From: Parcubacteria group bacterium
GTDB taxonomy: Bacteria; Patescibacteriota; Patescibacteriia; UBA1558; GWA2-36-10
Length of the DNA: 64,000 nt
Assembly: GCA_003104935.1 (NCBI GenBank)
Contig: PQAE01000010.1
Span: 13,768-77,767, forward strand
Reading direction: 5' to 3'
In this document: piece by piece, positions 48,055-58,800 of the stretch
How positions within the stretch are numbered: the first letter of the stretch is position 1
How the letters are laid out: each line of letters starts with the position of its first letter
Translations under genes and position numbers: made by a program
Notes under the pieces: model-generated
What the model was told of the DNA's origin: nothing
Database searches by the model: none
What the model saw: only the letters and a program-made list of their open reading frames with translations

Positions 48055-49305
48055 TTAGGACGAGGGCCAGAGGGAACGCAACCATTTGCCTACTTTGCCG
48101 CCGCCGATATGAAAACCAGTCATCTTGGACCATAAACCACCACCAGACTCTACGCTTTTATTCATCCACAACACCAATCCCAAAGCTGTAGTATATTCCA
48201 GATCCCCCAGCTTATCAATGGCAAAATTTGTCTCCACAGGCCTGCCCAAAAATACCGGCAATTGGAAAACGCGCTTGGCCAGATCGATAATCAAGGGAAG
48301 TTTTCCGCCCCCGCCGGTCAGCACGACGCCGCCCGGCAACTTGCCGGCCCGGTCGATTTTGCGGAGTTCCTGATTGACCAAAGAAAATATCTCCTCCATC
48401 CGGGCTTCAGCTATATCGGCAATATCTTTTTTATAAACATAAGAACCCTTTTTCTCTTCTTCGGAATATTTATGCAAATCTACTTCTTCGCGCTTGGAAA
48501 TATTGTCGCCCAGAGCGCTGGCATGATCGATTTTAACCGACTCGGCTGTTTCAATGGAAGTTTTCAGTCCGATAGCCAGATCCTGGGTGATATGGCCAGC
48601 GCCGGCCGGCACTACGGCGGTATGTAATATATTTCCTTCCTCAAAAACCGCCAGAGAAGTAGAACCGGCTCCGATATTGACCACGGCCACACCTAATTCT
48701 TTTTGCCGAGGCGTCAGTACGGCCTCAGCTGTAGCCAGTATGGATAAAACAATCTCGTCCAGCTCTACGCCGGTGCGGTAAATACACTTGGTTAGGTTTT
48801 TAATCTGCGAGGACATAGCCAAAACAACCTGAGTTTCTACCTCCAACCGGACCCCGGACATGCCCTGGGGCTCTTTAATATTTTTTTGATCGTCTAAATT
48901 ATAACTAATGGGTAAAACATGTAAAACCTCATAATTTGGCAAAGTAGTGGTCCTTTCCGCCAGATCACAGGCCCGCTCCATATCAGAATCTTCTACCTGA
49001 GAATTGGCCCTGGCTACAGCCACCACCCCTTTGCTGAAAACGGTTTTAATATTTGACCCGGATATGCCTACCACGACGCGATCGATGCGCATCCCGGTCA
49101 TACGCTCGCATTTTTCAATGGTTTCGGAAATGCAGGAAACCACATCTTCCAGCGAGGTGATACTGCCACGACTGACTCCCACCGAGGGGGTCTCGGCCGC
49201 CCCGATAAACTTAAGACGCCCATCAGGCAGACGCTGAGCCATCACCATGCGGATATAACTGGATCCGATATCTAAACTGGTAATAATGTCTTTATGACTG
49301 GGCAT
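48055..49305 (-). CDS. ftsA: cell division protein FtsA
   Basis: 416 aa; actin-like ATPase, ITSLDIGSSYIRMV. Confidence 0.9.
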   Translation of the reverse strand: MPSHKDIITSLDIGSSYIRMVMAQRLPDGRLKFIGAAETPSVGVSRGSITSLEDVVSCISETIEKCERMTGMRIDRVVVGISGSNIKTVFSKGVVAVARANSQVEDSDMERACDLAERTTTLPNYEVLHVLPISYNLDDQKNIKEPQGMSGVRLEVETQVVLAMSSQIKNLTKCIYRTGVELDEIVLSILATAEAVLTPRQKELGVAVVNIGAGSTSLAVFEEGNILHTAVVPAGAGHITQDLAIGLKTSIETAESVKIDHASALGDNISKREEVDLHKYSEEEKKGSYVYKKDIADIAEARMEEIFSLVNQELRKIDRAGKLPGGVVLTGGGGKLPLIIDLAKRVFQLPVFLGRPVETNFAIDKLGDLEYTTALGLVLWMNKSVESGGGLWSKMTGFHIGGGKVGKWLRSLWPSS

Positions 49306-49379
49306 GTAATATTTTTTACTTAAGTGCTGTTATATTATAACCTAAATTAAGTTAATTTGCCAAATATTTTACAAAAAGC

Positions 49380-49715
49380 TTATAAAAGAATGATTATGCC
49401 GATAACCGCCGCAAAAATACTGACCAAAAGCACCATGGCGGCCAGCAAATCCTTAATATCTTTGGCATAGGAATGGGTCTTGGGCGCTAAAACATCCACC
49501 AAGCGCTCAATGGCCGAATTAAATATTTCCAGAGCCATAATAAAAGCCATAATAATCAACAAACCGACCCACCTCTCCTTGCTCAGTCCTTTATACCAAG
49601 CGGCGGCTACCACGACGGCGGCGATCAACAGGTGCCAGCGAAAATTCTTTTCCGTGCGGATGACTGTGGCTAGGCCGCGGATAGCATGTTTAAAGCTTCT
49701 AACTAATGCTCCCAT
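49380..49715 (-). CDS. dgkA: diacylglycerol/undecaprenol kinase family protein
   Basis: 111 aa; FKHAIRGLATVIRTEKNFRWHL; 3 TM. Confidence 0.7.
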   Translation of the reverse strand: MGALVRSFKHAIRGLATVIRTEKNFRWHLLIAAVVVAAAWYKGLSKERWVGLLIIMAFIMALEIFNSAIERLVDVLAPKTHSYAKDIKDLLAAMVLLVSIFAAVIGIIILL

Positions 49716-49720
49716 ATTTA

Positions 49721-50140
49721 TTATTTTAATAAAGACAAAATCATTTTTTCCTGCCGGCTCTGGCGCCCGGCTTCGACGGCGTTTTTCTCATGATCATAGC
49801 CCAGCAGATGCAAAATACCATGCACCGTCAATAATTTTAACTCGCTTCCAAAGTTCGCTCTCCGCTCCCGGGCCTGTTTTTTGGCCTGAGACAGACAAAT
49901 AATGACCTCGCCTAAGATGAGATCACTTTCCATATAGAAGGACAAAACATCGGTGACTTTATTATAACCGCGATAAACCCGGTTCAGCTCCTGCATCCGA
50001 GCCGGACTGACCAAAGCCAGAGAAATATTTTTATTTATTTTATATTTGTGCCTCAATATTTTTTCTAAAGATGCCAGCCAGCCAAAATTTGTCCGGTAAC
50101 TCCCTTTATTGATTTGTATCCGCCGAGTTTTTATCATCAC
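49721..50140 (-). CDS. ybeY: rRNA maturation endoribonuclease YbeY
   Basis: 139 aa; HGILHLLGYDHE. Confidence 0.85.
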   Translation of the reverse strand: MMIKTRRIQINKGSYRTNFGWLASLEKILRHKYKINKNISLALVSPARMQELNRVYRGYNKVTDVLSFYMESDLILGEVIICLSQAKKQARERRANFGSELKLLTVHGILHLLGYDHEKNAVEAGRQSRQEKMILSLLK

Positions 50141-50143
50141 TCT

Positions 50144-51178
50144 CTATAATGGTTGGACGTCAAGCTCTTTGATCTTGATTAGTTCAAAACTCTTCAGCAT
50201 CATCTCCAGCACCGCCGGAAAATGCGACAAGGCGGACTCTCCGAGATTATACTCCCAAAAATAAATATACTTGTCGGTGACCAATAATATCTTGGTCTGA
50301 GTGCGCAGGGCCGGCAGGCCGGCCAAACTGAAATTTTCCGTCCGGTCAGTACCGGCAAAATAATTTATTTTTAGGGTGTCCAGACTCTGCTGGGAAGAAT
50401 TGGGCGTCACTTTGAGATCGATCGATTCGCCGGTTTCCGAATTAGTCAAAAACATCACCTCACTTTGTTCGGTATTGGTCGGCGACGCCAGCCAATTTTT
50501 GGGAATCAAAACGCTATAGGAAAAATTTTCATTTTTATAGCGCGTAACTAAGCCGGAATTTTCCAGACCTTGCCCCGGCACCAGAGGGTTAAACAGATTT
50601 GTGATTTCCTGGCCGTCCTTGTAGCCGTCGCGGTCGGAGTCATCACGGGCAATATTGGTAAAGAATAGAGCCTCTTCGTCTACCGTCAGTCCGTCGTTAT
50701 CCACATCCAGGTTTTGAGTGATTTCTGGAGGGTTATCGCCGTTGCCGGGAGTAGTGGTGCTGGTACTGGTGGGAATCTCATTGCTAATACCATTGACGTT
50801 GTTGGTAATCTGATTTTGTAAACTATTAGCCGGGGCTTCGTTAGTAGGAGCCTGATTAGTGTTTTGATTGGCACTATTATTTAGCGCCGCATTGTCATCA
50901 TTTCTAGCGTTATTAACCATAGTGGTCAAATAGAAAATCGCTCCGGCGACCAAAGCTACCACCAAAGACAAAATAATACTGGCAATAATGATTATTTTTT
51001 TTGTACCCGATCTGCCGGCCGGTTTTTTCCCCTGTCCCCGATCCGGAAAAAATTTACCGGGCATGACAAAAACATCTAGATCTGTGGTTACGGGATTGCC
51101 GGTTGCCGCTCCGTTAAATTTATTGGCCAAAGGCGTCGGACTAGTCCGAGGAGATTGTCCGCTGACATCATTAAACAT
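50144..51178 (-). CDS. single-pass membrane protein with thrombospondin-type-3-like Ca-binding repeats and C-terminal beta domain
   Basis: 344 aa; cytoplasmic N-term, TM, N/Q/T-rich linker, DVDNDGLTVDEE and DSDRDGYKDGQE repeats. Confidence 0.45.
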   Translation of the reverse strand: MFNDVSGQSPRTSPTPLANKFNGAATGNPVTTDLDVFVMPGKFFPDRGQGKKPAGRSGTKKIIIIASIILSLVVALVAGAIFYLTTMVNNARNDDNAALNNSANQNTNQAPTNEAPANSLQNQITNNVNGISNEIPTSTSTTTPGNGDNPPEITQNLDVDNDGLTVDEEALFFTNIARDDSDRDGYKDGQEITNLFNPLVPGQGLENSGLVTRYKNENFSYSVLIPKNWLASPTNTEQSEVMFLTNSETGESIDLKVTPNSSQQSLDTLKINYFAGTDRTENFSLAGLPALRTQTKILLVTDKYIYFWEYNLGESALSHFPAVLEMMLKSFELIKIKELDVQPL

Positions 51179-51190
51179 AATTGGAGATCA

Positions 51191-52048
51191 TTAATTAATT
51201 GTTGAAGTCGAGGTAGGCGCTAGTGGCTGGGGAGCCGGCGGTGCCCACTGATCGATAGTGCCGGATCCTAAGGGATTATAATTATTTTGCACTTCGGTGC
51301 CGTCGCTAAAACCGTCACCGTCTGTATCGGCTATTAGCGGATTGGTAAACCAAATCATCGCCTCGTCGTAATCGGAGAGACCGTCGTTGTCCGAATCGTT
51401 AAGTAAAGGATTGGTCCGATAAATCTCAACCTCGTCTTTATCAAACAACCGGTCGTTATCCGTGTCCGCCAAAAGCGGATTAGTCCCCAATTGCCTTTCG
51501 TGATCGTTGGTTAGCCCATCACCGTCATCATCCAATAAAGCCGGGTCAACTAAATTATCCGGCGCCTGATTGGTCAGAGTATTGCTATTATCGTCCGAAC
51601 TATTGGTCAGGGCATTGGCATTGTTGGTTAGGGCATTGACATCAATATTGGCCGCCGGCCGGGGTTTGTTGAAAATAAAAACATAGGCCGACGCCGCCAG
51701 GCCCAGGGCCAAAAAGACTCCGATAACCACGATAATCACTTTTTTTATTTTACTGCCGTGGTCAGTAATGGCCATATCATCTCGGAGTATATCAGCAGGC
51801 CCCACCGGTCTAGACGGCATCTGATTGGCGCTACCGGGATTAAAATCAGCCGCCGGTCGTTGGGAAACCGGCCGAATCTTACCGGACTGCACGGCGCTCA
51901 AGCTCCTGTCCGCGGCCGGATCTACATCCGCAAACATATCCTCCATCGGACCGCTAGGATTGGCGGCGGGCTGAGGAGCAGGTGCGGCTGGTGCGGGCTG
52001 GGGACTAGCAAAATTATTTTGGTTGTTTTGCTTTAGATCGTCAAACAT
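51191..52048 (-). CDS. paralogous single-pass membrane protein with four or more TSP3-like DxDxDG repeats
   Basis: 285 aa; DDDGDGLTNDHE, DTDNDRLFDKDE, DSDNDGLSDYDE, DTDGDGFSDGTE, each followed by TNPL; Pro/Ala-rich cytoplasmic N-term beginning MFDDL (cf. MFNDV in neighbour). Confidence 0.45.
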   Translation of the reverse strand: MFDDLKQNNQNNFASPQPAPAAPAPQPAANPSGPMEDMFADVDPAADRSLSAVQSGKIRPVSQRPAADFNPGSANQMPSRPVGPADILRDDMAITDHGSKIKKVIIVVIGVFLALGLAASAYVFIFNKPRPAANIDVNALTNNANALTNSSDDNSNTLTNQAPDNLVDPALLDDDGDGLTNDHERQLGTNPLLADTDNDRLFDKDEVEIYRTNPLLNDSDNDGLSDYDEAMIWFTNPLIADTDGDGFSDGTEVQNNYNPLGSGTIDQWAPPAPQPLAPTSTSTIN

Positions 52049-52075
52049 ATGATTTGAATTACTGATAAATTGAAA

Positions 52076-52843
52076 TTAAGCTTGGGGAGCGAAAAAAATC
52101 TGACAATTATTTCTGATGGCCGGAGCAACTATTTTTTCACAAATACTCTTATCCTTATCTACAATAGCCTGCCGATACCAGATAGAATCCTGACAGCGTG
52201 TCTGACCGTCAGAACCGACTGCTACTATCAGGGGATCTTCACAAACTTTTATATCATCCTGCTGACCAATAAAGGCAAATATACACTTATTCCTGATTTC
52301 TGCTTCAGTCAAACTACGACATTCGTCCAGACTCTGACCGCTAAACTCTACTTGGGTTAAATCCACGCTAAGTTGACAAGACTCTCTCTGTTCTTGAGCG
52401 CCGATCTTATCGCAAATCTGCCGATCCTTATCAATAGAAGCAAAATACCTATAACAGTCGTCTTTCTTTTGAATGTATTGACAAAGATCTACTTTTTTAA
52501 CAGTTGTCACTTGATTTAATTCCAGATTTCCAAAACATTCTTTCTGCCGCAGAACATCCTGATAACTCTCGCAGGTTTTTTGCATTTTTAAAAAAATGAC
52601 ATAAGTCTCGGCTACTTCCAGTATTTTTTTATCGGCTATAGTTAGGCCGTCAATATAATTTAATACATTAGTCGCGGTAGATACTGTGCCCGAGTCAATT
52701 CCGGGCAGACCGGGAATAAATGGTTTGATTATTTTTTTAAAAGTTAAAAACCAGATCAGTCCACTAACCAATATTAATCCTATAAATGTCAATAAAATAA
52801 TTTTTTTTCTGCTTATCATATATGTATTGCTTACCAATGACAA
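52076..52843 (-). CDS. membrane-anchored Cys-rich repeat protein
   Basis: 255 aa; N-terminal TM; about five approx. 25-aa units each with a Cys pair (CQYIQKKDDCYRYF, ICDKIGAQEQRESCQL, CRSLTEAEIRNKCIFAF, ICEKIVAPAIRNNCQIFF). Confidence 0.4.
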   Translation of the reverse strand: MSLVSNTYMISRKKIILLTFIGLILVSGLIWFLTFKKIIKPFIPGLPGIDSGTVSTATNVLNYIDGLTIADKKILEVAETYVIFLKMQKTCESYQDVLRQKECFGNLELNQVTTVKKVDLCQYIQKKDDCYRYFASIDKDRQICDKIGAQEQRESCQLSVDLTQVEFSGQSLDECRSLTEAEIRNKCIFAFIGQQDDIKVCEDPLIVAVGSDGQTRCQDSIWYRQAIVDKDKSICEKIVAPAIRNNCQIFFAPQA

Positions 52844-55800
52844 TAATTATAAGTACCACCCACTGTCCCCTGGTTAAATAATATTGAGGCATTAGGCGAA
52901 GCCCCGGCGTTAAACCTGACACTAAAGGGCAGATTATTGGGCGGATCCACAGCATCGCACATGCCTCCGGTATAAAGCGATCTGGTATCCAGGTGGATAT
53001 TGTTTGTCCAACCCGGCATAACGGCCGGCAAGCTGATGCTAGTCCAGCCCGAACCGCTATTTACTTCCACCGAGGTCAGATTGCTGGCTGATGAGAAAAC
53101 ACCGACCGGCGGAGCCAATAACCATCCGGTGGCCACGCTAGAATCTTCACGCACGCTAAACTTACGGGCTTTGGAACGGTCAATCCATTTACAATTGGCT
53201 CCGCAACCCGGTTGGCCGTCGCATTCTTCGGTATTTAGTGGCTGATCCAACCAGGCCGGGTTTGGAGTCCAATATAGCGGAGCGGTTTTAACACCCTGTT
53301 GAGCGCCGCAATCAACTACCCCGTTTCCGCAAGTACCGGCCGGCGTATAACAAAAGTTGGTATCAGCGCCACAAACGCAATTATTAGAAGAAACCGCATT
53401 AAGGACACCCTCATATCTAGTCCAGATATTGCCGCCAGTAGTGCCGAAGTGGTAAAAATCTAAAGTTACTACTTTGACACCCATGGCTTTGAGATCATCT
53501 ATCTTGGCCGGCTCAATTCCAGAGTTCCATTCTCCGATATATGTATTATCCAAACCGGGTAGTTTTTTACCACTATCTAAAACAACTAACATTAAATTAT
53601 CATACAGGGGATTAGCTTGAGTAAATAAAACTTTAGCATAACTTAACATATCAGAGGGATCTGAATAATCGCCGGTAGCCGGATCATTGATATAAGCGCC
53701 GTGATAATTATTAGCCCAACCTACCATCGGAGCTATGGCGGCGCCGATATTTAAATACTGGGAAAAAGAGTAATACAAATTATCATTAACAATTGAGAAG
53801 TCGGAGCCCAGTACTCCACACCCCCAGGTACAGGCTCCGCCCATAGTGGGATCGCCGGCACCATAGTGTATCATAGCCACATCCATGGTAGGGTCAGCGT
53901 TATGCATATTGAGTAATATAGTGGATAAAGAAAATTGCATAGCTTGAATCATGGTCTTATCGTTTGGCCGGCCATAGTGATCATCGCTAGATATCAAAGG
54001 ATTATTCAAATTAGTCTGAGTACAGTCATTGGCAAAGGGCGGATTCCAGACATCGCCCACTCCCACATTGCCGTCAGCCACACAGGTCTGTCCCTGAATA
54101 CTGTTGGCCACAGCAATGATGGCAAAGGTAGTGCCGGCGGAACCGGAGTCAATCCAGGCATTAGTCACCACATCTCCGCTTACTCTGCACTGCGGCAAAT
54201 TAATCGTGCTATTCTGGCCATTGTTCAAACTAACGTAGTTGCCGGTATTTGGCACTATCTGACGAACTTCCAATCCATTTATGCCCCAATTACAGTTGCG
54301 CAACGGACAGTAAGGATCTGTATCTAGTCGTAAATCTAAAAATCCATCATTAACATTAGCGATCATCTCAGTAGATTTCGTTACATTCAATCCCACCTGA
54401 GCATTAACAGTGCCTATGGTAATGCCACTTTCCTCTACATCCATTTTAGTGGGGAAAGTGGTAACGTCTTCGGTATCACCACGATAAACAGTAACTCCGT
54501 AAGCCCCGTTGGCTGGAACCTTAATTTTAAAGATAGGATAACCACGTGGATCCCCGGCGCCTAGGGCTCCCCCTCTTCTCAAATAGTCACGAGTCATAGT
54601 AGTGCCGACGGTACGAGTACGGCCGCCTATACCAAAAGTATCTGGATTAACTGCCGGATCAAAACCCCAACCTTGAGCAGCATTATAAATAACATTTATG
54701 CCAGGGATGACATTGCCGTGAATCACATTAGTCCAACCCGGTGTGAAGTAAGCACTATTATTATCAATATTAAAATCAAAATTCTGATACCAGTAATTGC
54801 CAAAGGTTACATTAGCGGTACTAACGACCCCGGAGGGATAATTATTAACATCAGCTACACAAGTATAGGTGCAAGTCGGACTGCAATCGGCAGTGCCATC
54901 ACATTGTTCGTTATGGATCGCCTGGACAATACCGTCGCCGCACCAGCCGCCAATGCTGACCGTACACTTATCGGCAGCGGCCGTAGAACATTCATATTGA
55001 TTAGCATTATTTATCGCCGTGGCCGGAGTCCTGACCCAAGAAGTGCCGTCGCAATATTCCGTGCCGTTTTTTATGTTATCACCACAGTAGCCGCCCGTGT
55101 CTTTGCAGGCCAGGGCGGTTGTTACTGCTCCGCAAGCATATTGAAAAGCGATGGTCGAGACTTGTGGAGTAGGCCCAACATAACCGTTCGGATCGCATTC
55201 TTCGCCATAGCCCATTTCGGCAACAGAATTGCCACAATATTTGTTTTCCCACTTGCAGGCCGTCGGAGTAGCCAAGGCGCCACAGACATACTGGTTAGCA
55301 ATGGTAGAATTTTGCGGAGTTACTCCCGGTCGCGGGTTGGCTGGCGGTTCACAATCTTCGCCGGCCTCCAAAATACCATTATTACAAACTACATTAACCG
55401 GAATTTCCGCACCCGGACAATCACGGACACAAACCGCACAACTAATCGGTGCGCCGCTGGGACAACTCCAGCCGGCCAGACCGGCCGCATTATCACACTC
55501 TTCCTGAGCGCCATTGACCGTATTATCACCACACCAGCCGCCAATGACTTGTTTGCAGGCATCGGCGTTAGGCGCGGCTACACAACCGTACTGATGAGTA
55601 GCATCCATGGCTTGAGCCGGAGCTGGGGCTACAAAACCGTTGGGATCGCAAGTTTCTCCAAAAGCGGCGTCCGGCGGCTGGCCGCTACCGCAATATCCTC
55701 CGCTGGTGGGCTGACAAGCATTGGCATTAGGAGCAGTGCCACACTGATAACGGTGATTGGCGTCGGAATCCTTGGGTGCCGGAGCCACATAAGTGCCGCT

Positions 55801-58800
55801 TTCACAGATTTCTCCGTGATCGGACCCATGTCCAGGTAAAGCTTGGCCGTCATTGATAATATTGTCGCCGCAATAACCCTCTATAAAGGTACAAGCATTG
55901 GGCGCTATATTTTTACATTTATATTGATGGGCAAGTGAAGAATCTTTTGGCGCCACGAGCGCGGGATAACTGGCCCAATCACAATCTTCACCGGGCTCAG
56001 GAATACCGTTGCCGCAAACTGCATTGGTGGGCAGACCGGGCGGGTTGCAGCGTCGCGTGCAATCATTATTACACAATATTGGCTGGCCGTCTGTACAGAC
56101 CCAGCCCTGGAAATCCGAACCATTAGGATCGCATTGTTCATTATTCAAATTTTGGGTAGTACCATCACCGCACCAGCCGCCGGTATTGGGCAGACAGGCG
56201 TTACTGCATTTGTATTGTTTGGCCTCTCGGGAAACAATTGGCGGCGGCGAGATATAAAGTGCCGGTTCACAAGTTTCATAAGCTGGTTGAAGAATACCGT
56301 CTTGACAATGTCCTCCGGCGATATTTGTCTGACAACTATGGCATTCATATTGACGGCTATCGCTAGACTGAGCCGGCGACGGCGGAGTATATACTCCATC
56401 GCAATTTTCACCAAATCCAGATTGTTGCACTCCGTCACCGCAATAGGGCTGACCAGTGGTTGTACAAACATTAGAACAAGTATAAGGATGAGTTATGGGT
56501 GACTGAGCCGGCGGCAAAGGTGTCCAGTCTGTGGGATCACAGGGCTCGCCGGCGGCTTGTTCCCATAGATTATTCATACAGACGAAATTTGAAGGCATGC
56601 CTACATCACAAGTTCTTTGACATTGGGCATTACAACTGATCACTCCGCCGGCAGTACAGCTCATATTTACCAATCCGTCCGGATTACCGCTGTAGTCGCA
56701 CTCCTCTACGCCCTGATCCCAGTGGCCATCGCCACAGGCCGAAGCCAAGATATTGCCGCTAGCCGGACAAACCGCCTGGCACCCGGTACAAGCAACTGCG
56801 CCGTTATTGGGACAACTATAATAAACATTGTTAAAGTTATTGCCTTCGCAACGCTCATAATTTGGCTGGATGGTATTGTCGCCACAATATCCTCCGCAAG
56901 CCGCCGCATCCAAAGGCGGATCTGGTACAAACCACCGGCACTGCAATAAATTACCGTTACTATCACGATAGCCCGGCGGATAACAACCGATGCGATGTTC
57001 GTTCCACCAATTTTGGTTTCCCAAGGCAGTGTCGCATGCAAACTCCGTATAATTGCCGTCGCATTGCTCACCTGGATCCATTATGTGATTACCACACGAA
57101 TTTGTTGGTGGTTCGCCGAAATGTCCCATGAATCCGCAAAATCCCGGAGTAAGGCGCGAAACCAGATGTTTGGCACCATAAGGATCTTCTATATTTTCCA
57201 CACCGCGCTGGCCGGAAACTAATATCAGATTACCTGCCCAAAAACCAGGTTGTAAAACATCATATTCAAAATTGTCCGCGATCCTATAATCGGTGCTCAA
57301 TAAGTTTTTGTAAAAATAATTATAAGTGTAAAGCGGGGTATTGTCAGAACATTTAAATTTTTGATTAATCTCATTCCAACAGGTATTGGGATCATATTTG
57401 GCGTCCGGCGGATTGGCGCAACCGGCAAACTTGTTGATCGGATCTTGAGGTAAGGACGTGCCCAAGGCCTCCTCTAAGGTCCCGTCCCAGGAAAGCGGCC
57501 AACTGCTGTTAGATATACCTCTAACATAACTACCGGAGCTGAGCGTCGGATAGGAATTAACGCAGGCACCTTGACAATCACTGTCTTGAAGACACGATTG
57601 AGCAGTGGGATCATTACAAATCTTGTTATTGCGGCCATAATCCACCATAAGATTTTGAATTTCCAGCATATGACCCAGGCGCTTCATATCGCGACGCAGT
57701 TTCAATCCCTGTGACTGACATGGACCCACATAATCGCGCCCTTCGTTTATCAGACACTCGCTATCTTCAGTACAATTAACAGAATTATCTAAGGAACAGA
57801 TATTATTATTATTTTGCGTCAGATTGGTATTAAAACGGATATTATCTATGAGCTGGTTGTAGATGTCTATAGTGGCCTGGCGCGCTCCGATATTATGGGC
57901 GATAACATATATATTAGTGTAGAGATCTCCGACGCCGGCATTAAGAACATTGGTACCGGCAATATAAGTGGTACCGCCTATGGTCAGAGCTTCATAACCA
58001 TCTACCTCGGTCACGGCACCGGCGTTGCCGGAATTGGGAGCAATACGATTATACCAATCGGTAATCGACATTTGAGTGGGATTGGTCATGACCCTGATAC
58101 CGATGATATCCTGAGTGGTGAGATTGGTGTTAAAATTGGAAACGGTAATAATGCCGGTAAAAACATATTGCGTAGGATAAGCCGCCCCGACCCGATAATT
58201 ATAAGTATCGCCGGTATGGATGCCGTTAGGATCAACATCTATAAATTCAAAAACCCCGGGCCCAAGATTAGCTCTGTCAGTCCAATTCAGATCAGTTGGT
58301 AGTTTTCTTTGCACTACATAACCCAAGGTAGAAACACCGTTCCAGGTAAGCTTTAACTGGGCACTCGGTCCAGTGCCGACCAAGCTATAGGCAAAATTTG
58401 TCGGCGCCGGTCCCGGACCCGCCGCACCCTCTACTCTTTCGGGTCTAAACAGACTGCTTATTTTTTTCCACCAGGAAGTCTGCTGACTCTGATCACCGGT
58501 ATTTCTGGCCAAAGTGCCCAGAGCCAAAGGCGCGGCATTTTGATTATTTAGCGCCGTAGCCGGCGGGTCAACAAAGAAAATATTTTCCTGCAATATATTC
58601 GGATCAGACGTATTTGGCGGTTGCCGCCTAAATGACCAGAAATAAGGCAACTCCGGTAATACCGGCGAGGTCGCAGTCTGAGCCATACAATAAAAAGTTT
58701 CAAAGTGATAGTCGGTTGCCGCTAGCCCGTCCTGCCAGGGAGTCCAGGTCGGCCCGACCGGTACTGGCCAGGGTCGTGCGCACATAAACATGTTTATTCT

